Below are positions 14,053 through 25,820 of a stretch of DNA of 64,000 nucleotides, one piece after another (within the stretch, counting starts at the first letter, position 1; each line of letters starts with the position of its first letter). This DNA comes from Octopus sinensis (Eukaryota): contig NC_043006.1 of the NCBI RefSeq assembly GCF_006345805.1, forward strand, positions 48,360,001 through 48,424,000, written 5' to 3'. A program made the position numbers and the translations under genes. Under the pieces are notes generated by a model. The model was not told the origin of the DNA. It did not search any database and was given only the letters and a program-made list of their open reading frames with translations.

Positions 14053-14486
14053 ATACAGTGATAAATAATAGCTTATAATTCATTGGGTTAAAACTCAGAA
14101 GGTTAGAACCAAAGGGTGAGAACAGCCTTACAAACTCGAATCACACCTCTTTTGTAATCCTTTACAAACGTGCTACTAATTACACCAAACCAACCTTCCG
14201 AATTCGAACAACCCAAATTCGATGCATTAATCTTACTAACGAGAAAGTTTATTCTTTTATGTATTTTCTTCATGTGTTTTTGTTTTGTCTTGTTTTGTTT
14301 TTCCTCTGACGTTTCCGAATCATGATCTCACTCAATTAATGCTGTTAAAATGTATTGTAAATCATTCGATGAATTGACGACTTGCAACTATGTGATGTGA
14401 CGCCGCTAATTACGCCTCAGTTGCTATTAAGACGGCACTTTATGCTGCTATACAAACGGCTTCTTGCATACAATTTTTTTTGTCGC

Positions 14487-14740
14487 TTATCTTTTAACTG
14501 CTTCATTCGTTAAACTGCGGCCATGCTGGGGCACCGCCGTGAAGAACTTTTAGTTGAATGAATCGAAGCCCAAACAGTTTATTTGTTTATTTTTTAAAGT
14601 CTGGTACTTATTCTATCGATCTCCTTGCTGGACTCTAAGTTACAGGGACGTAAACATACCAACACGGTGATTGGGGGACAAACACAAACACAAAGACACA
14701 CACATGAATATATACATATGTATATGTACATGTGTGTGTA
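14487..14740 (-). mobile_element. SINE family A-related 3' half
   Basis: ctgcggccatgctggggcaccgcc..gtacttattctatcg..ggacgtaaac. Confidence 0.7.
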
Positions 14741-14742
14741 TG

Positions 14743-14905
14743 TGTGAGGACGCATGGCCTGTTGGTTAGGGTGTTGCACTCGCGGTCTAGTGACCGTGAG
14801 TTCAATTCCTAGAACTGGTGGTTCGTTGTGTCCTTGAGCAAAACACTTTATCTCACGTTGCTCTACGATCGTTTCGACACCTGATGTGTGATACACCGTG
14901 TAACT
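14743..14905 (+). mobile_element. SINE family C-related 5' part
   Basis: ggacgcatggcctgttggttagggtgttgcactcgcg..gagttcaattcc..tgtgtccttgagcaaaacacttta. Confidence 0.7.
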
Positions 14906-15849
14906 GTTAAGGAAACGTTGAATATATAGAAAGGTGAGCAAATACGCAGCACGAACATGGCCTCCCTCCCCCTTTTAGTGTTGATAAAAATACACCAGAC
15001 CCGGACTTTGGATTAGCCTAACTTCATTAACATCGGATCAAACGCCTTGCAGTAGTCACGGTTGTTTGCGACCTGCGTTCAAACTCCGGCACGCCCTATT
15101 TGGTGAGCAAATTTAATAACATGGAACCCTGATTAACTTTAGCGGAGTGCATGCTGTAACAAACATTCGGGTCGCCGATGTGAGGATATCTTCCACCCTC
15201 CTAAAAGTCACGCAGCCCCTCTTAAAGAAACAGACAACACAGCCATATCTACTAACTAAAAAAATTTTAAAGTAACATCCATTTTCTCCTCAAGGTTAAT
15301 ATCTATATTATTTACACAACAAAAAATTCAACTTCTTGAATTTTTAATTTATTTCATTTCATTTACTTTTTTTGTGTATTTTATTTCGTTTATTTCTTAT
15401 ATATTTTATCTTATTTATTTTTCATATATTCTATTTCATTTATCTTTTATTCATTTATTTCTTTTAGTTTCCTTTCCCGAAATAAGAGCGATATTTTAAT
15501 TCTTCAAGAATGTTTGGAGTTTCTCATATCACCATATCATTTTTTTTATCCGGCTTATGTGGGCTCAAGCCATTGGCCTACTTCAGTTATTTCCGTCAGC
15601 TTAATTTATGTATATATGATCCTTTGTGTGTGAATACGCGTGAGTAACATATGTATGTATGTATTTATATGTATATGCATATCTATATAGGCAGTGGCTC
15701 GCAGTGAAATTCCGATCGGGTGATCATCATACTAACAATCAAGGAAAAAGAAAACGAACTCGCTGATTCAGTGAAAACATATCTGCTTTACCTATTGTTT
15801 GCAGTATTGCCATATTGTAAGGAAACAATGAAACGTATGTGTGTATATG

Positions 15850-15902
<53 letters not shown>

Positions 15903-15975
15903 GATGCATAAGTACATAGATTTGTATGTATGCAGGCATATGTGCACTTATGTGTATGTAATGTTATATACACAC

Positions 15976-16006
<31 letters not shown>

Positions 16007-16009
16007 CAC

Positions 16010-16080
<71 letters not shown>

Positions 16081-16295
16081 TATATATATACATATATATA
16101 TATATATGTATATATTATATATATCTTTATATACATATATCCATACGTAAATACACGCATAATATATTTATGCAAGTGTATGTATGCATGTACTCTATAT
16201 ATATTTATGAATGCATGCATGTGTGTGTACATATACATATACTTACGTGTATATACTTACATAAGTATATACACATAGACGCACACATACATACA

Positions 16296-16327
<32 letters not shown>

Positions 16328-17580
16328 CACATACATACATACATACATGCATACATACATATACACATGAACTGATACACGTGTGTAATTGCATCCGCCA
16401 CCCACCCCCGCAGACAAACCGCTCCCACAGTTTGACAGCAGAACCATTGTAATAACTGTTATGCGTCTACAAGATCTACAATCTACATGGAATGTGAGAC
16501 AATAAAATATTCTGATGCCATGACAATCAATCACTTATACGACCCCGTCAGCGACGTGGCCAGCTACTATCTATGAGGTTCTGAGTTCAATTTCCGCTTA
16601 ACTAATTGTATCGCCTGAAAAAAAATTCGCCTTTCTTTTAATTTTTTTTCTTACACTTTTTTTTTTTTTTTTTTTTTTGCATTTGCTTATATATTGTCTT
16701 GGTTAAGTTTTCTGAATTCCTTTCCTGAAGAAAAAGAAAGCACGTAAAAAAAAAAGGGCTGATGTTAAAGTTTGGGGAATCGGGATCATACTTGACATGT
16801 TTATTCTATAAAACGAAATAAGAAAAAAATGGGCCAAAAAATAAAGGAAGAAAGAACATTAATAATTGTGATTGGTTGAGCCGGCTGACCCCTCTCACTT
16901 GCAATGTCATGATTAAATTCCTGAAGAAACCATGCCAAAGACAACTGCTTTTATTCCTCTCGAAACATAAAGACGGTAAGAGGAAATTTTAAGGAGAATT
17001 GACAGGGCGATAGTGTTATCAATAATGTCACATAAAGCAATCCCAAGCCATGGTATTCGGCAATGTAACAATATTAAAGCAATGGAGTTTATCAGATAAT
17101 CAGCATGGTTTATCTTGGTGGTTTCAGTCATTAGAATGTGGCCATACAAAAAGAAACACGCCTAGTATTCACGCAAATAATTATGTCAGTCTTGGTACAT
17201 ATCGATATTTATATATCGAATCGCTACATCGTGCTTGTGACGTAAGGAGACACAATATAATATGTCTGTTTCCACTCCTAAGCATAAACACTGACACGAA
17301 CATCAATACGAACATGCGCATACATACTACACACACACAAACGGGTACGCATACACGTATACACATGCGCATGTGTGCACGACTATCTATATTTATTTGT
17401 ATAATATGCATATATATATAGTCGCAGGCGTAGCTATATGGTAAGAAGCTTGCCTCCCAATCACATGGTTCCGGGTTCAGTCCCACTGCGTGGCAAGTGT
17501 CATCTTCTGTAGCCTCGGGCCGACCAGAACCTTGTGAGTGGATTTGGCAGACGGTAACTGGAAGAAGCCCGGCGTATATA

Positions 17581-18363
17581 GCTAACTTAAGGCGATGGCC
17601 TCATGGAGCTAATAAGCAGTCAGCTTTATTCTTATTTTTTAAGAATGCCATATTAGTATAGCGATAACTAATATATATATATATATATATTAGTTATCGC
17701 CATACTAATATGGCATTCTTATAAAAATAAGAATAAAGCTGACCGCTTATTAGATATATATATACATATATTCTTTTATTCTTTTACACGTTTCAGTTAT
17801 TTGATTGCGGCCATGATTTATTAGCTCCATGAGGCCATCGCCTTAAGTTAGCTAACTTAAGGCGATGGCCTCATGGAGCTAATAAGCGGTCAGCTTTATT
17901 CTTTTTTTATAAGAATGCCATATTAGTATGGCGATAACTAATATTTCCAGGAACGCTGCCGTTGTTCTCTTTTAGAGAGACTTAGTAATTTTAATATTTC
18001 TATTATTGAAAACAAGTGGATGTATTCCACCGAAGCTAGGTAAATAAAACCTTTGAACAGAGATTGTCGGAAGCGACACCTACTGGTTTGGCTACGCTGC
18101 ATTGAAAAGGGGCAATACCCCGAAACGCGTCTGTAGCTGCCGGCCAAGTAGTGTGGAGCGACTGACCTCCCTTGTTCAAAGGTTATATGGATACAGTTTG
18201 TGTATCAAATAGCTAACTTAAGGCGATGGCCTCATGGAGCTAATAAGCAGTCAGCTTTATTCTTATTTTTATAAGAATGCCATATTAGTATGGCGATAAC
18301 TAATATTTTCCGGGAACGCTGCCGTTGTTCTCTTTTAGAGAGACTTAGTAATTTTAATATTTC

Positions 18364-18370
<7 letters not shown>
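17581..18370 (+). mobile_element. Retrozyme/Penelope pLTR-like element, 361-bp unit with direct and inverted partial copies
   Basis: gctaacttaaggcgatggcctcatggagc starts at 17581, 17851 and 18212; inverted pieces at 17691-17753 and 17818-17851; hammerhead inside. Confidence 0.7.
18096..18137 (+). ncRNA. Minimal type I hammerhead ribozyme, U3-A8 core variant
   Basis: gctgca TTGAAAA gggg-caata-cccc GAAA cgcg TC tgtagc: stem I 6 bp, stem II 4 bp, palindromic stem III, GUC site. Confidence 0.75.
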
Positions 18371-18409
<39 letters not shown>

Positions 18410-18727
18410 GTGTTGTGTTTGTCACTCCACAATCTCTTGACAACTGATGTTGGTGAGTTTAAGTCCACATAACTTAGCGGTTCGCCAAAAACAACCGATA
18501 GAATAAGTACTAGACTTACAAAGAATAAGTCCTCGGGTCGATTTGTTCGACTAAAGACGCTGCTCTATCATGGCCGCAATCAAATAACTGAAACGTGTAA
18601 AAGAATAAAAGAATATATGTATATATATATATATATATATACATACACAACTGTATGTAAGTGTACAAAACGTGTGTATGAGGGTATATTTAGGTACACA
18701 AGGCAAATTCATTATTAAGATACTGAC

Positions 18728-18823
18728 TTTATCGTGTCTGGGGAGAGTCATTCTCTTTTAGTGTCTTAATGTGTTAAATTAATGAGACATTAAAAGAGAA
18801 TGACTCTCCCCAGACACAATAAA
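18728..18823. repeat. ~42-bp inverted repeat (hairpin)
   Basis: tttatcgtgtctggggagagtcattctcttttagtgtct / agacattaaaagagaatgactctccccagacacaataaa. Confidence 0.85.
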
Positions 18824-18909
18824 ATATGCTTCAACACACAAATTCGCATAAAGAATCTTGCAAACCAAATACAAGAACGAAAGATTGATAGTTTTGAGAA
18901 GAAAAACAA

Positions 18910-19012
18910 TGCTGATGATGCCGATGATGGCGACGACGACGACGACGACGACGATGGTGGTGATGGTGATGATGATGAAGATGACGATATTAATGATGAC
19001 GACGACGACGAC

Positions 19013-19063
<51 letters not shown>

Positions 19064-19088
19064 CCCCTTTTCATCATCTTCATCACAC

Positions 19089-19133
<45 letters not shown>

Positions 19134-19186
19134 TATCATATCATCATCATCATCACCATAATTATCATCGCCATCATCGTCGTCGC
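18910..19186. repeat. (GAT/GAC)n followed by (CAT)n triplet repeats
   Basis: Direct inspection. Confidence 0.95.
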
Positions 19187-19564
19187 TGTTTTTAAAAGCA
19201 ACATGCTTTTCAAGAACTCGCATTTCCCGGAATGTTTTCTTTTAATTTCTTGACAGAAAAGAAGAATGTGGGTGGAGCATGCCCATATCCACTTTTTGTA
19301 TCGCCACCCGTCAAACTACTTCTTTCTTATACACAAGGAAAGTACATGGAGGTATTTAGTTAACCGTATGTTAATTAAAAAGGACTTTGTAAAAGAATGC
19401 AGAAGAAATATATCACCGAACATAGTTACGTTTCTTGTAGTGTGAATGATAAATTGTCAGAACATATATAAATACACGTGCACGTACTTATTCATACATA
19501 CATACAAACATACATACTTACATAAATATATATATTCATGCATTTATATATGTATAAATATATA

Positions 19565-19622
<58 letters not shown>

Positions 19623-19704
19623 ACATACATACTTCATAAATATATACATTCATGCATTTATATATGTATAAATATATATATATATATATAATCTATATAT
19701 ATAT

Positions 19705-19741
<37 letters not shown>

Positions 19742-19749
19742 TATGTATG

Positions 19750-19782
<33 letters not shown>

Positions 19783-20000
19783 CATATATATATATATACA
19801 TATATATATATTATATATATATATATGTATATAATTATATATATAGAACACACACGTATACCTGCCTATGTATACAGCAGACAAGATACATACTTACACA
19901 CACACATATATGCGTGCGTGTGTCTGGACGTTGTGCATGTGTGCACGCGTGTGTGTATGCATTTATATATGTATATATATATGTATATGTATATATAGGT

Positions 20001-20041
<41 letters not shown>

Positions 20042-20067
20042 TATATATATGCATATATATATATATA

Positions 20068-20125
<58 letters not shown>

Positions 20126-20189
20126 TCAAGTATTTGCTCAGAGAGAAGGAAGCAGACAGAAAGGTAGAGAGGGATATATAGGCAGAGTA

Positions 20190-20419
20190 TAGGCCGAGCT
20201 GGCAGAAACGTTAGCATGCCGGGCGAAATGCTTAGCGGTATTTCATCTGCCGTTACGTTGTGAGTTCAAATTCTGCCGAGGTCGACTTTGCCTTCCATCC
20301 TTTCGGGTTCGATAAATAAAGTACCAGTTACGTACTGGGGTCGGTGTAATCAACTTAATACCTTTGTCCGTCCTTGTTTGTCCCTTCTATGTTTAGCCCC
20401 TTGTGGGCAATAAAGAAAT
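20190..20419 (+). mobile_element. SINE family B, tail A, full length
   Basis: cgagctggcagaaacgttagc..gagttcaaattc..core..tttagccccttgtgggcaataaagaaat. Confidence 0.9.
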
Positions 20420-21062
20420 GGGTATATGGAAGGAAAGCTTACGCACGAGATTGGTAGATACATAGATGCATAGCATAGTGCACATCTTTTCGGGCGCGCG
20501 TATGTCTGCTTATGTGTGTGCGTTTGCGTGTGAATGTGTAGGTGTGTGTGTGTATGTCCTTTAAGTTCGTTTATGAGAAACGTTTTGAATATCCATATAT
20601 AATAAGCTCCTATTCTATTATGCCGGCTACATCCCCAATGATGCCAAATGGCGATACTCGCTTTTAGGGTGTTGTACCGAGGTGTACATATACAATGTAG
20701 GATAAATATTATAATAACAATACCAATCCTTAGAAGAGATTTATAAATATTTTAAAGCATCGCTACGCGTGTTTCCTCAAATTACGAATCTTCATATCAT
20801 AATCCGTATTCCTAGGATGATTACAGCGCAATTTGTCGTATCCATGGACTTCGGGTAGATCATGTCCATGCAGCCATTTCATTAGGGCGATATAGCATTA
20901 ACGCCTTTTAACAAAGGGTCGTTTACCAAATTTGACCAATGAGAAGGTTGACTGGGTTATGTGGGCCATTTTCTATGTATTTGGCGGGGAGGGGTGGAAG
21001 GTGATGGAATGGAAGCGATGGTAGTTATACGGAGGTGGAGGTGTGTGGTATATATATATATA

Positions 21063-21293
21063 AGGCGGCGAGCTGGCAGAAACGTTAGCACGTCGGGCGA
21101 AATGCTTAGCGGTATTTCGTCTTCTGTTACGTTGTGAGTTCAAATTCCGCCGAGGTCGACTTTACCTTTCATCCTTTCGGGGTCGATAAATTAAGTACCA
21201 GTCACGCACTGGGGTCGATGTAATCGACTTAATACCTATGTCTGTCCTTGTTTGTCCCTTCTATATTTAGCCCCTTGTGGGTAATAAAGAAAT
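21063..21293 (+). mobile_element. SINE family B, tail A, full length
   Basis: aggcggcgagctggcagaaacgttagc..; probable TSD ggtatatatata on both sides. Confidence 0.9.
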
Positions 21294-21403
21294 GGGTATA
21301 TATATAATAGAGAGAGAGAGAGATAGATAGATAAATAGATAGATAGACTATACATACATATATATATGTATGTATACATGCATATATACATATATATATA
21401 TAC

Positions 21404-21448
<45 letters not shown>

Positions 21449-21879
21449 CATATATATATATAACATATATAAATAAATATATATATATATATAATTAAAG
21501 TCAAAATGAGGATATTTATGTAAGTAAAATTACATAATTTTTTAACGGTAAAATAATTGTATGGGGTTAATCTTTATTTTCGTTATTTTTCATTTGTCCT
21601 GCTCGCTTACGTTCTTGGTGTGTTGAATTATTTCTTGAGAACAATTCTTAGTGGTTGAGTCCCTTTGCGGATCTATATCTAGCGTAAGAGCGTCCATATA
21701 GTGGATTCTCTCTCATAGTTGTATATATATATATATATATATAGATCAATAAATGGTGGGGTTGTGTTGACCGCACGTGGAGAAATGATAAGCAAGGAAA
21801 AATTGTAAAAATGCAGAATGCTAGATTGAAAGAAAATTTTAATGAAATGAGAAATTGAAAAAATATATAAATATATATT

Positions 21880-21921
21880 TATTCAAACCGGTTTTCGTCA
21901 TAGTGTGACTTATCAAGAATA
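21880..21921 (-). ncRNA. Minimal type I hammerhead, U3-A8 variant (left arm)
   Basis: Exact reverse complement of 22007-22048. Confidence 0.65.
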
Positions 21922-22006
21922 GTTATTTATAATTATTCTTTTGCAAAAAACAATGCAACTTTCTTTTTTCCCCTTTCTCATTTAAAAAAAACTTTTGTTA
22001 CATAAC

Positions 22007-22048
22007 TATTCTTGATAAGTCACACTATGACGAAAACCGGTTTGAATA
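22007..22048 (+). ncRNA. Minimal type I hammerhead, U3-A8 variant (right arm)
   Basis: tattc TTGATAA gtca-cacta-tgac GAAA accggt TT gaata. Confidence 0.65.
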
Positions 22049-23039
22049 AATATCTATTTATATATTTTTTCAATTTCTCATTTCATTAAAATTTTCAATC
22101 TAGCATTCTGCATTTTTACAATTTTTCCTTGCTATATATATATATATATATCCATATGTATTATCTAATGTACATAGTATAAAAATACGAGCTATTAATA
22201 GCTTCTTTCGTTGGAGATATGGGATGGGAACCTATTGTCAGCAAAGTAGTTTGGTGTAATGTGAAATGAAGAGAATAAAAGTCTTGCTCAAGGATATAAT
22301 GCACACCACCTTGACGAGGAATCGAAACAGTGACTTATGATGATGAGTCCAACACTCTCACTACTTGGTCAAATGATTACGTAAATGACGCAAAATACAA
22401 GGAAAAAAGAATATCCGAAGATAAGAAGCAACATCGTATTGAAAAGATCCAGCACATGCTTTTTCTATTTCATTTAGTTAGAGACTGTGTTATGTCCTGA
22501 AAACCTACTCTAATTGCAACACGTATCTAATTAGAATATACGTCCCGAATTAACAATTTAAATGGTTGATTGATCAATTGTTGCTTTCTGGAAACGAGAT
22601 AAGCCACGATGTTCATATTTTCCAATGATTATACCTGTTAATAGGAAATTCGATATACGTACTAATGCAACTAGCATTTGTTTCACGTGTTTTCCGTTTA
22701 GCTCATGTGATTAACACTTGTCCCTGTAGGCCCCAAATAGGTTGCAATTGCGGGCGATAGATAAATTTTAATTCGTTCAATTTGTGGTCTCCACTTACGG
22801 TTAACATTTCACTGAAGGCTGGAATTATTCTGTTCTTATCTCGAGTTAATACTTTCAGACTTTTAATTATAACATATTCGAATAGTGACTATTAGCCAAA
22901 AGGAAGAATTAATTTCTTTTAATTGCAAATTTTTGTATCAATACTTTTAATTGCAAATTATTATGTAAATTTTTTTTAATAGTAGCATTCATTACTGTAG
23001 TTGCTGTTGTTGTTATTATTATTATTATTATTATTGAAA

Positions 23040-23253
23040 GGAATCGAGCTGGCAAAATAGTTAGCACGCCGGACAAAATGCTTAGCAGCGTTTCGTCCGT
23101 CTTTACGTACGTTCTGAGTTAAAATTCCGCCGAGGTCGGCTTTGCCTTTCATCCTTTCGGGGTCGATAAATTAAGTACCAGTGAAACACTGGTGTCAATG
23201 TAATTGACTAGTAACCTCACCCCAAATTTGAGACCTTGTGCCTCCAGTAGAAA

Positions 23254-23255
<2 letters not shown>
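23040..23255 (+). mobile_element. SINE family B, tail B
   Basis: Head, core and ccttgtgcctccagtagaaaga followed by (AAT)n. Confidence 0.85.
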
Positions 23256-23317
<62 letters not shown>

Positions 23318-23373
23318 TAATAATAATATTTTCGTTATTTTTCATTTGTCCTGCTCGCTTACGTTCTTGGTGT

Positions 23374-23438
<65 letters not shown>

Positions 23439-23509
23439 TATTATTATTATTATATTATTCATATTATTATTAGTATTATTATTATTATTATCATTATTAT
23501 TATTATTAA

Positions 23510-23587
23510 TGTTTGACTTTTGCTTTATGTCTGTACAAGTGGCTCCAAGTCTCACCCAGAGACCTCAAGAGACAACAGGTTGGAAGT
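23510..23587 (-). mobile_element. Probable 3' terminus of a Dong/R4-type LINE in (TAA)n
   Basis: rc ..gaggtctctgggtgagacttggagcc..aaagcaaaagtcaaacat(taa)n embedded in a TAA tract; family assignment is inference. Confidence 0.4.
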
Positions 23588-23630
23588 ATTATTATTATTA
23601 TTATTATTATTGTTGTTGTTGTTGTTGTTT

Positions 23631-23677
<47 letters not shown>

Positions 23678-23689
23678 ATTATTATTTAA

Positions 23690-23928
23690 AGGAACCGAGC
23701 TGGCAAAATGGTTAGCACGTCGGGCAAAATGGTTAGCACGTCGGGCAAAATGCTTAGCGGTATTTCGTCCGTCTTTACGTACGTTCTGAGTTCAAATTCC
23801 GCCAAAGTCGAATCTGCCTTTCATCCTTTCGGGGTCGATAAAGTAATTACCATTGAAACAATGGGGTCTATGTAATCGACTAGTCCCCCACCCCAAATTT
23901 GACGCCTTGTGCCTCCAGTAGAAAAGAT
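23690..23928 (+). mobile_element. SINE family B, tail B, with a 21-bp internal duplication in the head
   Basis: ggcaaaatggttagcacgtcg occurs twice; core; ccttgtgcctccagtagaaaaga. Confidence 0.85.
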
Positions 23929-23945
23929 CATTATTATTATTATTA

Positions 23946-23991
<46 letters not shown>

Positions 23992-24078
23992 GAACAGAGA
24001 AAAATAGTATGCGAGGAAAACGGAAAGAATTAATATATTTAACAGCACGAAATAAAAGATTATGCAGTTTAGGACAAC

Positions 24079-24132
24079 CACACACCCGGGTTTCGGCTTT
24101 TGGATATTTAATCCTTGAGGCTCTTCAATGTG
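24079..24132 (-). ncRNA. Decayed hammerhead-like motif
   Basis: rc: caca TTGAAGA gcc..ggat-taaat-atcc..gcc GAAA cccggg TG tgtg; cleavage site and stem II mutated. Confidence 0.45.
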
Positions 24133-24700
24133 AACTACCCTGTTAGAATTTACGACCGTCACGTTAAACTCTGACAGTGCAACTGGTTTTGTTTTGCGCA
24201 CCAAAAACTAGATCACATGGTGAAGAAAAATTATAAGCAAAACATTCAATCACTAAGATTTGAAATAAGATATAGATATATATCAAGTCAAATCCTTTTT
24301 ATTTGTATCACTATCTCCATATCAGCTCGCCTGGATTTCTTTTATAGGTAGGGTTGACACCGTGGGCCTCTTCCTCAATAAAGACATGTTTTCTATATTG
24401 AGCATTTTCAGATCTCCCCTGTTGACTATATACGTGTGTGTGTGAGAGAGAAAGAGAGAGAGAGTGTGTGTGTGTGCGTCTGCTGTTATGTGTGTGTAAG
24501 AGAGTGTTGTGTGCGTGCGTGTTTGAGTGTGAGAGAGTACGTGTGTGCGTAAGTGTGTGAGCACGCGCGCGTGTGTATGTATGTGTTTCTGAGTGAGAGT
24601 GTGTGTATTTGTGCGCGCGTTTGTGTATATGTATGTGTGAGAGAGAGTGTGCGTTTGTGTGCATTTGAGGGTATGTTTGTGCGTGTGTGTGTATGTTTGT

Positions 24701-24745
<45 letters not shown>

Positions 24746-25361
24746 GTGTGTATTTGTGTGTGTGTGTGTATGTTTGTGTGTTTGTGCGTGTACTTAGTTT
24801 ATGAAGACGGATCCAGTGGTCTGTTACTTTCCGCTCCTCCCTGGTTTCTGCTAGGTACACACATGCACACACACACACACACACAGACATCAACGACAAC
24901 AACACCATGGAAACTCCTTTGCAGTCACCATATACCCAAATACGGTCAGTACACCCATGACAACCCATGTCCACCCATCAGTGTTATCATTTTCATTATC
25001 ACCCTCATCATTAACGGTGATGTTTAAACACTTTTTCTCATTCACCGCTGGCAATTTATTTCAAACTATTGCCATCTAACGGTCAACAAACTCACAGCTG
25101 CAGCACCACATATATGCGTGATGTCTGACAAACTGTTATGGCCCCAGGGTGAAGATTTCTCTGTCATTTTTATATCCTTGAACTGCACGTGAACCCTTCA
25201 CTGTCACGGTTATTTCCTATTCTTCTCTCTTCTCCTAAGTAAATTTGTTTCCCTCTTCATCTATTATTTCTCTCTCTTCTGATAGTCCACCTTTTTTGCT
25301 CATTCCCCTGCTTCTACTTAATTCGCTTCATTTTATGTTTAATAAAACATTTTCTTACGAC

Positions 25362-25681
25362 GTCTATCCATCCATCCATCCATCCATCTATCCATCCATC
25401 TATCTATCCATCTATCTATCTTTCAATTAAACCATCTAGCCATCCGTCCATTCATCCCCCCATCTATCTATTTTTCTATCATTATTTCTATCAATCAATC
25501 TATTTGTCCATCTACCCATTTATCTATCTATTCATCTTTCTATCTATCTGTCCATCTATCTATTTATCTGGCTATGTCTCTATATATCTACCTATCTATC
25601 AATCTATCTATCTATTCGTCCATCTATTTATCAGTTTATTTATCTTTCTATCTTTCTATCAATCTATTTATCCATCTGTCA

Positions 25682-25771
<90 letters not shown>

Positions 25772-25788
25772 TCGTTTGTTTGTTTGTT

Positions 25789-25819
<31 letters not shown>

Positions 25820-25820
25820 T
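25362..25820. repeat. (CTAT)n/(CCAT)n microsatellite
   Basis: Direct inspection. Confidence 0.9.

Larger units (their letters stand above)
17423..18613 (+). mobile_element. SINE family A split at its internal (TA)n by a hammerhead-bearing insertion
   Basis: 5' half 17423-17580 (..gaagaagcccggcgtatata), 3' half ~18405-18613. Confidence 0.8.
21791..22133. mobile_element. Foldback element with ~135-bp arms, each carrying a hammerhead
   Basis: 21791-21926 is a near-perfect reverse complement of 22002-22133; right arm abuts (TA)n. Confidence 0.8.
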
